Origin: Rotaria sp.
Taxonomy: Eukaryota
Direction: 5' to 3'
Length of the DNA stretch: 44,253 bases
Assembly: GCA_905250055.1 (NCBI GenBank)
Contig: CAJNOF010000004.1
Coordinates: 4,268,656-4,312,908 of the forward strand
Of the stretch, positions 24,196 to 34,943 are shown piece by piece (the first letter of the stretch is position 1; the number at the start of each line of letters is the position of its first letter). A program made the position numbers and the translations under genes. The notes beneath the pieces are model-generated. The model had not been told where the DNA came from and ran no database searches. It saw only the letters and a program-made list of their open reading frames with translations.

Positions 24196-25039
24196 ATATT
24201 TTTTAAAATAAGAAGCCATTTCTCGTTTGCATCTGATACATGAAACTAAAAAAGATGTTTTCTTTCTGTTTCTCAAGGATTTCTTAATGATCATTAGACT
24301 TACACGAGAACCAATGGGATGATTAAAACTTCCACCGTGTATACGAACGAATTCTTCAACTATATTTGTTAATGATCGCTCACTAGATTGATTAAAACAA
24401 TTGAGAAAACGACGTAAAAGACCAGTTCTAAATACTTTCTTGGTAAAATCATGACTTATTTAAAAAAATTCTTGTATACCTTCGATGTATTGATAACCAA
24501 ATCTCCGAGATCCATGACTGATCAGTAGTAGATATTTGAACAAGATTATTATCGTATAAATGATCTTGACCTTTGATTGCTAAATTTTGATTGACAACAT
24601 CGTTGCCTATTAGATAATAATAAATCAATAATTCACAAAAAAATTTTTTAAATTTCTATTTACCGAATTCTTGTTGGTCAGCACAATCAAAATAGATATC
24701 TTGTAAATAAAATAAAGAATTTTTATCATAAAATAATCAACTAACCTGTTTCATCATTAATTGAATCTTTTTCTTTAAAAAAAAACAACAAATATTAATC
24801 CAATTTCATTATCAATCAATGACACTGACCGATATTATTTTCGAGCCATTGTTGTAAAATCTGAATATGTTTATTGATTTCTTGTTTTTGATATTCAATA
24901 GGATAAGTTTGATAAGATTGATAATCACGATAGATTATTAAGCGATTATTTTGTTCACCTTGAAGGATTCAAAAAAAAAAAATTAGAAATTTTACTGTTG
25001 AAATTCACGACGAAATTCATTAGCAATATATTTGTTCAT
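24196..25039 (-). CDS. Uncharacterised multi-exon gene on the minus strand; 5' and 3' ends are uncertain. Clear internal exons: 24480..24606, 24304..24454, plus small exons around 24664-24700, 24737-24763 and 24831-24963.
   Basis: Spliced translation: ...EQNNRLIIYRDYQSYQTYPIEYQKQEINKHIQILQQWLENNI / EKDSINDET / DIYFDCADQQEF / GNDVVNQNLAIKGQDHLYDNNLVQISTTDQSWISEIWLSIHR / SHDFTKKVFRTGLLRRFLNCFNQSSERSLTNIVEEFVRIHGGSFNHPIGSR, then the strong donor gtaagtc. Junction phases are consistent (gtcagtg, gttagt, gtaaatag and gtataca donors; ttttaaag, tttacaag, ctaatag and aaataag acceptors). The putative start MNKYIANEFRR at 25039 needs a weak GTGAAT donor. There is no confident family assignment; the 'hGGS' motif could hint at a nucleotidyltransferase fold, but that is weak. 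Confidence 0.4.
24304..24454 (-). CDS. Exon of the uncharacterised gene.
   Basis: (S)HDFTKKVFRTGLLRRFLNCFNQSSERSLTNIVEEFVRIHGGSFNHPIGSR; acceptor aaataag; donor gtaagtc. Confidence 0.45.
24480..24606 (-). CDS. Exon of the uncharacterised gene.
   Basis: GNDVVNQNLAIKGQDHLYDNNLVQISTTDQSWISEIWLSIHR; acceptor tctaatag; donor gtatacaag. Confidence 0.45.
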
Positions 25040-25425
25040 GCAATTCTATACTTCTACATACTTACAATACATATTGAAAATGAATGAGATTATAAGAGGC
25101 CTTATTATCTTTTTTGCGTATATATCTATATTATAAACTAAACATCAAATGCATGTATACACATTGTAAATTATGTTCTCTTATCTATCATTATAATAGA
25201 ACAGTGCAAAAAAAAAAATTATAATCTTGATATATGAATACTCTATTCTTTCGTCTTTTCTTTCGTAACAAAAAAGTTAATTCTTTCTTTTTTCATTAAA
25301 ATACAATTTTTTTTTTCATACAAATGAATAACTTGATTTATATGAAAGTGTTTCTACTTCATCTAGTTCTTCATCAATATCTATTGATTTGATTGTTGTT
25401 ATATGTCTAAAATTATCATTTGGTA

Positions 25426-27314
25426 TTAATTTTGCTGTGAATAAGCGATTGTATCGTTTAGTAGATGGCTGAATATCACATCAAATGAATTTTCTCGTTG
25501 TAATTTTCTATTGAAATTCATATGATATAAATATGGCGAACTAATGGGTCTATCAGATGTTCTTATATCGTTCAATTCTTCATTTTCATAATTCCAAAAT
25601 TGAGGAGCATCAATCAATTGTATATGATTAAATTTTTCATAATCGAATCCACTTAATGTAGAATTACATGGTGAAAATTGATAACCCCATAAAAGTTCAT
25701 TAGGTAAATAAGATGTACGAAAATGACATCAAAAACCAGTATAATCAAAAGAACCTTCAATAATAGCAATGATTTCAAAATGTTATTTTTCTAATGTTGA
25801 TTGTTGTATACCATAAAGTGGACTACGTGAATTAATAATATGTTCAACAATAGTTGGTTGAGGAAAAAATAATTGATCATTACGTAAGTGTGGTAATTCC
25901 ATATCATAGATTTGATGAGGAATTATTTCACCTTCAAGTGTTCGTCGCTGACGAATCATTAGTAAACGAACACTAGCAAATATCAATTAAGAAGTTGATA
26001 AGTTAACTATAAAAAAAAAGAAAAAGAAATGAATCTTTCTTTTATAATGGTTTATTTGACATACCTATTCGAAATGTTAATGGTAATTGATTATTTCGTG
26101 GGGCAATGAGCGGATAATTACTGAATATAATAAATTGGGATTTTTCTAAAAATATACAAAAAATATTCATTTATTATCATCAATCAAACAAACTAACAAA
26201 AATAATATTCTTTCATTATGGAATATTTCTAGAAGACCTTGATGGTTTACAATCTATTCTGAAATTATTCATAGAATTAGTTCAGCTTTGAATTTAATTA
26301 ATGAAATTTACTTTTATTTTGTTAAGTATCAGAAAAAAGAATAACCTTCGCCTGTAGGTCGTGATAATTTAGTAAAAACAATTTGTGTGACAATAACTTG
26401 TAATAAATATTCAAGTAATGATTGAAGAGTTCATACAAGTATACCACCCATACATTCTGTTGTTATATATCTTGAACCATAACCAATTGTATGTTGTGTT
26501 TCAATAGAAAAAAGTAATGCACTTAAAAAATCATGTACAGGGTTGCCAAAAATGTTTTGCCCGGGGGATACAGCTCCAATGACAAATGATATCAATATTG
26601 AATTTGATACAAAATGGAAGCCCGTCAAGAATGGGGTTTATCCATACGAATGAATAAGGGCTATAAAGACTTTTCTCTATCAAACTTTGATAATTTCTAA
26701 AACTCCATGAACTATAGTCATAGCAAAACTATCCTTTATCATAGAGAACTCAAACTATTCCTGATATAAAATTACTAAACATAGAAAGGTTATCCTTACT
26801 TTTTATGGCTTAATGAATGATACAAAATAAAGGTAACTTTGCTAGATTCAGTATTTTTATATCAGAAGTAGTCTGAGTTCTTTATGATAAAGGATAGTTT
26901 TGCTATGACTATGGTTCATGGAGTTTTGGAAATTTTCAAAGTTTGATAGAGGAAAGTCTTTATAGCCCTTATTCATTCGTATGAATAAACCCCATTCTTG
27001 ACGGGCTTCCATTTGGTATCAAATTCAATATTGATATCATTTGCCATTGGAGCTGTACCCACGGAGCAAAACATTTTTGGCAACCCTGTACATCTTGAAC
27101 ACATTTTTTTTGTTCTATTTTCAAATATTGTCGTGTATAATTTGTTTGATTATCTAATAAAACTTGTTCATCATCGTTTAAAACAATATATCCATGTTCA
27201 ATTGAAATAAGAACATAAAGTGAGGAAAAGAAAAACCAACCTAATATAAAACCAAACAAAACAAATATTAATACAAGCCACCAGTAGAGGGCTGTAGATT
27301 GCTCTATTTTGACA
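25426..27314 (-). pseudogene. Inward-rectifier K+ channel (Kir/KCNJ family) gene copy that appears disabled. Recognisable segments: M1 helix (27092..27313), pore helix/selectivity filter + M2 (26346..26530), cytoplasmic C-terminal domain exons (about 26061..26146, and 25426..25972).
   Basis: The minus-strand translation is collinear with Kir2/Kir6 sequences. Segments: (i) LYWWLVLIFVLFGFILGWFFFSSLYVLISIEHGYIV...KKCVQ (M1); (ii) [62 protein letters not shown] (pore TIGYG + M2); (iii) EKSQFIIFSNYPLIAPRNNQLPLTFRIG; (iv) IVRLLMIRQRRTLEGEIIPHQIYDMELPHLRNDQLFFPQPTIVEHIINSRSPLYGIQQSTLEK*HFEIIAIIEGSFDYTGF*CHFRTSYLPNELLWGYQFSPCNSTLSGFDYEKFNHIQLIDAPQFWNYENEELND... There are three in-frame stops at aligned, normally coding positions: TGA 26431-26433, TAA 25783-25785 and TGA 25729-25731. 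A 560-bp hairpin interrupts the M1-pore exon. The conserved N-terminal cytoplasmic segment (…RFV.K.G.CNV.F…IFTT.VD.KWR) could not be found; the sequence upstream of M1 is the ctgccctgccctg repeat instead. Confidence 0.65.
26531..27090. repeat. 560-bp long hairpin / foldback element. The two roughly 225-bp arms (26531..26760 and 26870..27090, about 93-95% identical as reverse complements) flank a partly palindromic roughly 110-bp centre.
   Basis: The left arm 'atgtacagggttgccaaaaatgttttgcccgggggatacagctccaatgacaaatg...' is the reverse complement of the right arm '...catttgccattggagctgtacccacggagcaaaacatttttggcaaccctgtacat'. The boundaries fall exactly inside Kir coding sequence: right flank ...KKCVQ / left flank [13 protein letters not shown].... 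Confidence 0.8.
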
Positions 27315-27375
27315 ACCTGACTCTGCCCTGCCCTGCAAGTTTTTGTTATGTACCCTGTTCTGCCCTGCCCTGTTT
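27280..27375. repeat. Copy A of a GC-rich 'caccagtagag / ctgccctgccctg / taccctgtt' repeat family.
   Basis: caccagtagagggc...ctgccctgccctgcaag...gtaccctgttctgccctgccctg. Related motifs recur at 28555-28735. Confidence 0.5.
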
Positions 27376-27562
27376 TCTTTAAAACTAAAGAAAATTCCAA
27401 ACTTTCGTATTAACTCATTATACAATTTCATTTCGATTTGTTACAACCATGAAGCAAAAAACAACAACATTATGTATCTCGAAAATTTCTAATCACGAAA
27501 ATATCATCAACAATATCTGAATTTAAAAACTATCTTTTTTTTCTAATATTCGATCTGATGAA

Positions 27563-27763
27563 CTAAAACATACTCCGATATGGGTATGCATCTTCTCTTC
27601 GTACCCGCACCCTATCAAGAGTTTTGTTGTTTTTTAGTGTATTTGATTCATCTAAACAATTTTTAAAATGATAGCTACTAGTAGAAGTTTCGTTTGATAT
27701 GGAATATGATAATATCTCATGACACAATCGACATTTTACAAATGGTGAATATACATTATTCAA
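27563..27763 (-). other. ORF fragment with a BED-type zinc-finger-like spacing (C-x2-C-x17-H-x3-C): ...SPFVKCRLCHEILSYSISNETSTSSYHFKNCL.... Possible remnant of a hAT-like transposase N-terminus.
   Basis: 66-aa ORF in the track; the adjacent upstream frame (27764-27960) is interrupted by a stop. It lies between the two repeat copies A and B. Motif spacing only, so weak. Confidence 0.2.
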
Positions 27764-28204
27764 ACGTTTAACACGTAATAAATGTTCCTAAAATGAACCA
27801 TGAGATGATAATGGCGGTTCTACTATAGCTATAAATTCATCAGTTTTAAGTTTTTCTATCACCCACTTCTTTTTTCGTTCTATATCTTTTTTTGAATTAA
27901 ACATAGTTGATATTTCACTAGCAGAAAAATCTAACCGATATTGATGATGATATTTGAGAGATTAGTTAATGATGATAATGAAGAAAAGATCAAGATAAAA
28001 GTCAAAATAAGAAAACTAAATGCAAACTTGAGTAACCATATAATGTATAATGGATAGATTACCGACATATTTGCTTCTATTAAATATCTTTGCGACCAAT
28101 CTAAATTGATTGTTCAGTTCACTTTCACTTCTATTTTTTTTCTTAATGTATAAATTTAGAAAAGATGTTGACAATATCTAGCGCATAAAAATCGTCACAG
28201 GTTG

Positions 28205-28503
28205 ACAGCACATGTAAAAAAATGGATTAAGAATCAGATTAAAAATCGATTATAATGGCACTATTATAATCTGATTTTAATCAGATTTTTCAGCTTTAAA
28301 ATACAGATTTTATTTGATTTTGATTTTTTTTATATCTATTTTAATCGATTATTATAGTAATTGTAGGTAATTGGTTAAAATAGATTAAAAGAAAATCAAA
28401 ATCAAATAAAAACTGTCTTTTAAAGCTGAAAAATCTGATTGAAACCAGATTATAATAGTGCCATTATAATCGATTTTTAATCTGATTCATAATGCAAATT
28501 TTT
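28205..28503. mobile_element. Foldback / MITE-like element of about 300 bp. It is a near-perfect palindrome: arms of about 125 bp around a short AT-rich centre (28320-28380), with ends catgtaaaaaa...ttttttacatag.
   Basis: Left arm 'atggattaagaatcagattaaaaatcgattataatggcactattataatctgattttaatcagatttttcagctttaaaatacag...'. Right arm '...ctgtcttttaaagctgaaaaatctgattgaaaccagattataatagtgccattataatcgatttttaatctgattcataatgc' is its reverse complement. Confidence 0.75.
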
Positions 28504-28554
28504 TACATAGGAGGTCACGATACTCGTACTCTGCAGCCTTTCCTGTAAAAATTT

Positions 28555-28735
28555 TCATAACCCGGCACTGCCCTGCCCTGTCAGGGCAGTGCAGGTTATC
28601 TATACCCTGTTGGGCTCTAGTCACCAGTAGAGCCTATCGGGTCCGGGTATGGTCGGGGTCTGAAGATTTTTTTTCGAGCGGATCTGGGTCCGGGTCTAAA
28701 ACTTTTTGCACCCGATGGGCTCTACCCACAAAATA
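28555..28735. repeat. Copy B of the GC-rich repeat family. It contains a perfect 10-bp-stem hairpin (cactgccctg-ccctgt-cagggcagtg), a 15-bp inverted repeat (tagagcctatcgggt / acccgatgggctcta) and the direct repeat gggtccgggt x2.
   Basis: Read directly. It shares ctgccctgccctg, taccctgtt and caccagtagag with copy A (27280-27375). Confidence 0.5.
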
Positions 28736-31700
28736 TCAATCACCCAATATATATTCGTCTGTTCTGTTTTATCTTACAGTTGGTTTTTCGTTCATGATTG
28801 ACATTTTGTATTATGAAAAGGTCTGATCATAAAATGATATTCAGTCATCCTTCTGTTCATTGTTAATATAAAGCACCTAAAGTTTTTTCTTTTTATTTTA
28901 TCCTCTCTATTATTAAATTTGGAAGTGCATACGATGAATATCATAAGCGTTCATAACTGTTTGATTATACGACTGCATATTGTTATAGTGCATACAGAAT
29001 CATAGACAAACGAAAAAAATTGATTCACAATATAGCATGACTGGTGAATAAAATATGATGAGAATATGCAACTTAGGAATGAAACCAGGAAAAACTGGAA
29101 AGAAGACAAACGAACGAAAAAAAAAGCGGTTACAGTAAAGAGAAGAGAGAGAGAGAATAACAAACACAAGCGCGCCAAGTTTTACATGGATAAATAGTCA
29201 ACGCACAAAAGAAGCAGTGATTGATGCCTTGCATGTATATGTTACACTTGTTTCATTCGAAAGAAATGTAGTGGCGTAATCAGGGATGTGCTAGGCTCGC
29301 CACTGCTCTACCAGCAGAAGAAAAAAAGACTATAATAATTATCCTTATTGACGCTATATTTCATGAATTTTCTCCAAGATAATGGAGCATTGTCCTACCA
29401 TTCAAGATCTTCTGTTTATACCACTAAAGAAATGTCCAAAAGACTCATTCTTTTTACTCTTATGAAATAAATCTTAATTAAGCATATTACTAAAAAAACT
29501 ATTGACCGAGTTAAATAACGTATCTAATCACAACGACATACTCCTAATTTTAATTTTCTCAATGTAACTATCGCAACTGATTTCCAAACATCGGAATACT
29601 TGTGTTTTCTCAACTAAGTATTGAAACAGCGTATGAAACAACTTATATAATTCTGTCAAAGCTATTTGTTCATAACATTGAATAGTCTTGATGATGACAA
29701 AGAAAGTATATTTCCTTTGCTTATTTTGGTAAACATAAAATTAAACTTTTGGATATTCTACTTGATCTCACAACCGTATTGAGTTGTGTTCAATCTGCAA
29801 CTATGAGTAGAGGATGTGGCAATGATCGTTCGAGACATATTTTACTCTTGTACACAGATAAAAATAATATTGATCCTTGAATAAAATAGTCATTACAGAC
29901 AGCGTCGGGTGCGGTTACTGAGAACATGGATAGTGAAGGTTGTACTATTGCAATGCTCTGATCATGTACAGAAGCAGTACTACTGAGAATTTTTTCTTTT
30001 TCTTTCCATTGTATAAGTCGTTGTTTTAAAGCAACAAAAAAGCCTACGTAATTCACATACTATTTATCGATATTGTTCTCTCTATTCGTTTCCTTCATCC
30101 AAAAATCTTTTAAGAACATGAGAATAGTTTCATACAGTTTCCAACTCACATTAAAAAACATTTTATTCTTATCAAAACCAACATTTTCACAAATAATCAT
30201 TACTGGTGAGAGATCACTAGTGCCAGTCTTCACAATCTCTTCTCGTGCACCTTCTACATTTGTAAACATTAAATCAATGTTTCTTTTCGAATGTTTAGTA
30301 GAATGTGACGTTGATGGAATGTAATAACGATTGTTTTTATTCTACACATCCTTTTCAAACTTCTATCTCTTTTATGGGTACATTACAATCAACAATGATG
30401 ATTGTATTTTCAATGATGTATGATTGTAAATTTCCTAAATCTTCTACTCTGTACTGGCGGTCAATAAATAGCAATTGTTCGAATTGTTTGACTGAGCCCA
30501 GTACAAGCTGTTCAAACAAAATACTAAATTGAGCTATTCGATATGCATTTCACAGATTATCAACTTCTGTAAATACAAAAATTAGAGACATTCATTTTAT
30601 GACGAACGTTCTGACAGAAAAGAATCAAAGAGAGTTGTTCTTTTAACAGAGAGATATTTTTACATTGCATCAGGATATTTTCTTAAAAATCTGCCATAAT
30701 CATTCTGCAAAAACTTTGTCTACTTGTTTCTGATCTTTTTGTCTAGAAGCCTGATTGACAAAACTGTTTTATTGTTGAGAACAGAAAAAAAATATATGGC
30801 ATCTACCCTCCATTTAGAAAACATAGTACTTATGGAAATGCTCATCTTTGAATAATAATTATTATTTCGTGTGTTGACAGTTTTTTTCGACCGATGCAAT
30901 GAAGAGAGACATAGAAATGGCGATGTATGCTGCTGTTGATCTCTCCATCCGGCAATATTAAGACTGTCATCATCGATTAGACTAAATCATTAAGTAATAA
31001 TTCAAGTGTAGGCAGTAGTTGTAATTTAATATTCAGAGCTATTTGATTGATTTTCATATTGATACGATCTAAGTTTTTATCCATACAAGACGTAGTCTTT
31101 ACCATATTGAACATGTTTTGTTTGATTAATAATAACATTTTGGTTGTATCTTCATTAGTTATTGTTCATGATTGTAATAGAGCAAATATGAAACAATAAT
31201 CGATGCAATTGTCTTGATGATATTGCACTTTCAACTTATTATTTTAAATTTAACGTGTATGTAGCTTTTCTACATTCACTAAATAAAGAATGATGATAGT
31301 CATCATGTTAGATACGAAGAACTATATTTGAAAGCTCATGTGTTTGATTATCAATAAGAGTATAGTATATTATATGATTGCCGATCAGAAAAAGTATGAT
31401 AGTAGAGAATGTATTTTCAACTATTGTGATATTGATATTAGTGATTTGAAATGACTATTTATTTGTAGACATAAATATTTTGTATGAGTCAGTTTTTTGT
31501 TTACATACTACTCATATGACTGATGAGTGAAAATGCGACCGATATTTTTTGCTATTTGAACTATTCTTCAAATAATGTTTAAAATCTGCATGTTTCAACC
31601 GCTTAAATGGAAGACAATACGATTAATATTCTAATAATTCCTATCGTAGTTAAGCATATTGTGGATTATTAGTCGATAGATATATAGAGTCAGTAACTAT

Positions 31701-32903
31701 TCATCAATTCACTTGACCAACAATTTTTGTTTTTGTATTCAATAAAATACACATTGCTATGTTAATATTAGACATTGCAGCTGTGAAAAATGAATGAGAT
31801 GTTTATAAACACCGAGTACTAAAATACTAAGGTTTTGACGAATACATGCAATCCTTTATTTCACTTTGGTACGTAGCTGCTATAATAATATTTCCAACTG
31901 TTGTTTTATTGATTATTATTTGTCATAGCGATGATAGATGAGTAAATTTATTACTAATTAGACGATGAATGTGCCTTATTAGTACAATAATTACTGCAAA
32001 TTACATTTCTCATTAAAATAGATAGAGGAAGATGTCGTCAAAACAAGAATGTAAGCAAGTACTTTTGTGTCTACTCTCGAAGCAGAAGAAAGAAAACGTG
32101 CATCACTTGATTGTTTGTTCAATAATAGTTCTTTTTTAATTTTTAACGAAAGGATATCATCTAATAAAGTTTTCTTTCTCGATGTATCTCATAATTGCTA
32201 TATACAACATCATCATACAACGACTATTTATGGATTATATTTGGGTTCCGTCTTCCATGTTTACTATCACAAATGAAATATTCGTAACTAAGTTTCTTTT
32301 TAACTGTGAAATCAAATTCTAACTGATTAATCTTATCGATTACTTCCTTTACTGTTCAATATTTCACGCCTTTTAAAAATACTAAATAGGTAGAATTTAA
32401 AAAAAAACAATCTGATTAGTCACTTGCTCATTTTTCTCTGTAAATAAATGACGAAACATTTTTGAAATAAGTTCTAGTATTATACTGCCATCTTTGATTA
32501 TAAAAAACAAAAAAGAAATCTTTGGTGAATATCTTTCGACTAATAAATAAAATAAATAAATAAAAAGTCGTTCAAATACGAATGGTTTATTCTTTCCATC
32601 AATCAAGGATATTATTTATGTAAATGATCATCCAATAAAAATGATTGATTAAAAAAAGAGTCAATCAAAATGAGGGTACATAAAGACATAAATAAAGTTT
32701 ACAATGGAGTAAATACATATGAAGACCTATTCTGTCAGTTAAGGAAACAAAACAACAAATATTTTATTTCTCAATTATATTGTTACTTTTATGATTATTT
32801 TATTTTTAAGATCTATTTTTTTTTTCTATTTTTTTGCATTTTGTTTATCATCATAAAAGTTGTTAATATGCACTGTTAACATCTTAAGAAAAAAAACCGA
32901 ATT

Positions 32904-34799
32904 ATGTCACCGAATAATCGATTTTTTTCATGCTTTTTTTCTCGTTTCTCAACTACTAATAATGATCATCATCGAGCTCATCAACTTGTTAATACCGAAG
33001 ATGAAATAAATAGTGATGATCCGACCGAACACACAATAGTTGAAGAACAAAATCTTGTTTCTCAACCAATAACAACAAGAGCTTATTCATCATCCTCAAT
33101 ATTAAAACGATATGAACGAAATTATATTTCAGCATCATGTAGTATGTTTGCTATAGCTGCATTAGCAGTAAGTCTATCTGATTATCGATGGTTCTGGTTA
33201 AATGGTGGTTTATGCAATTCAAAATATATTGGTTTAAGTATGTTTTTTGCTGTTGGAAAATTATTTGTTGTACGAGTACCTGTTGCATGGGATCCATCAG
33301 CACCAATGAACGAAATTTATCAATTTAAACCAAATGATTATATGGGTATATTTTGAAAAAAAAAGAATATGATCAAATAATCAAAAATTTTTTCTTATAG
33401 ATTTAAGTGGTTGTGTTGATACACGTTCGATATTAATTCTTCGTTTAATGATAACATTAATTTGTTTAGCGATATTTTCTTCGACTATTGGATTTTTATT
33501 AGATGCACTTGGACCAATGAAATTTGGACTAAAATTTATGAGACGTCATGCGTTTTGGCATATTTTATCAGGTAACAAAAAAATAAAAATAAATTTGATT
33601 TAAGTTTTCGTAAATGATTTTATTTTGTTTTTCGATTTGTTTAGTTCTTCTTTGTACAGTAGTAACCGGTCTATGTTTTTGGGCATCGGAATTAATTTAT
33701 GATATTCAAGATAAAACTCGTACGAAAATAGGAAAAAAAGTCGAAGTACAATTCGATGTCGCTTATTATCTTGTTGTTATGTCCAGCGGTCTTTCATTAT
33801 TAGCATCTGCTTTTGCACTCTTAAGACGATATCCAACAGCTGAAGAAGAACATTTAGAAAGGTATATTATTAATCATTTTCGGACGAGATTTACTTATAT
33901 AAAAAAAAAACAAAATTTCAAAAACTTTGTAGGAAAAGAAAAGACGACGATTGAAGGTAGACTATTTGTCTTAATACTACAATATATTGGAGATCGTTAG
34001 ATAATAAATAGATTCCTCATTGATATTTCATGGTATTTCTAAAAAAACAAAGTTCCGATTGTGATAGCAGTTGTTTTTGATTCAGTGATACAAAGAGAAT
34101 AGTGTTGAACGTTTAAAACTTATTATGCCTACAGAATGTTTAAAAAAAACATGCACGAAGATGATGTTCCGTTTTGTTTTGAGAGGTGCTTCACATCTAT
34201 AGTTTAAGACATGATTCAGGTAAACAACTATTCTGCTGACTTCTTATCTAAAGATCTTTAAAATAAAACACAGTTGAATGTTTTTCTTTTTTAAAAGAGG
34301 ATGAATTTTAAAATAATTTTATCTTATGTAGTATCAAGTAATAAAGATGTTCGGAGTTCATTATTTACATACTTATGAGGAAACCTTTTCATTGGTGTCA
34401 AACTTTATGCATATAGAGAACTCAATTATATTAGTTTACATAAAAGGATCATTATGTAGTATCTACAGGCAAAAAAAAATTTATTGAACTAGGAAAATGG
34501 GTATTTGAAGAGGTTCCCTCATTAGTGGAAATCATAAAAGTGCATTGATAAATTAATAATGAGTGGATTCAAAACTCTGTATGTATGTATATGGATATTT
34601 TGTATCTTTGAGAAGTTAAAATAAAAAAAGATCTTTATTTATATTTCTGTTATTATATTTAATTAGATTAATGGATGATTGGTCACGACGTGAAGAACCT
34701 TTGTTTATTGAACGTTCTTTACCGGCTTCAATATCAACAATACCAACAAGTGATGAACCACCACCAGAATATTCCGAACAGAATGTTATTGTAGTATGA
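32904..34799 (+). CDS. 4-exon gene for a four-transmembrane (tetraspan) membrane protein of the PMP22/claudin/LHFPL-like type, ending in a PPxY motif. Model: join(32904..33345, 33400..33571, 33645..33861, 34667..34799); boundaries are +/-1 nt.
   Basis: Exon 1 ORF MSPNNRFF...CSMFAIAALAVSLSDYRWFWLNGGLCNSKYIGLSMFFAVGKLFVVRVPVAWDPSAPMNEIYQFKPNDYM (TM1 followed by an extracellular loop with W..GLC). Exon 2 DLSGCVDTRSILILRLMITLICLAIFSSTIGFLLDALGPMKFGLKFMRRHAFWHILS (TM2). Exon 3 VLLCTVVTGLCFWASELIYDIQDK...AYYLVVMSSGLSLLASAFALLRRYPTAEEEHLE (TM3, TM4). Exon 4 RLMDDWSRREEPLFIERSLPASISTIPTSDEPPPEYSEQNVIVV*. Donors gtatat, gtaaca, gtatat; acceptors ttcttatag, ttgtttag, ttaattag; phases consistent. The family call is inferred from topology and motifs only. 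Confidence 0.6.
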
Positions 34800-34905
34800 A
34801 CAAGTATTTTTCTTTTTTTCAGAATCTCTTATATTAAACAGTGATTGTATCTACAATAATTTTTTCTCATTCTTTTATATTTGTATGTAATTAACTGGAA
34901 CTTGT

Positions 34906-34943
34906 TCTTCTTCTTCTTCTTCTTCTTCTTCTTCTTCTTCTTT
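34906..34943. repeat. (CTT)n trinucleotide microsatellite, about 12 units.
   Basis: cttcttcttcttcttcttctt..., read directly. Confidence 0.9.

Noticed and set aside
26969-27400. 143-aa minus-strand ORF suggesting a Kir N-terminus continuous with M1 (MEFSLVLKKTGQGRTGYITKTCRAGQSQVVKIEQSTALYWW...).
   Set aside because: Upstream of M1 the frame is carried by the ctgccctgccctg repeat (giving GQGRTG / AGQSQ), not by the conserved Kir RFV.K.G.CNV.F...IFTT.VD.KWR segment. Downstream it reads into the hairpin arm. It is a chance read-through and not an intact exon.
29790-30330. Minus-strand ORF pair (29790..30056, 30060..30269) with protein-like composition (…IVKTGTSDLSPVMIICENVGFDKNKMFFNVSWKLYETI…), possibly a decayed transposase or RT fragment.
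   Set aside because: It is interrupted by stops, and I can recognise no catalytic motif (DDE, YVDD or endonuclease). Insufficient evidence to annotate.
31520-31552. Hammerhead-ribozyme-like 'ctgatgagtgaaaatgcgacc' (a CUGAUGA box), as in schistosome Sm-alpha SINEs.
   Set aside because: The conserved GAAAC/stem II-III geometry and the Sm-alpha flanking consensus are absent; it is just a short imperfect palindrome (actcat/atgagt).
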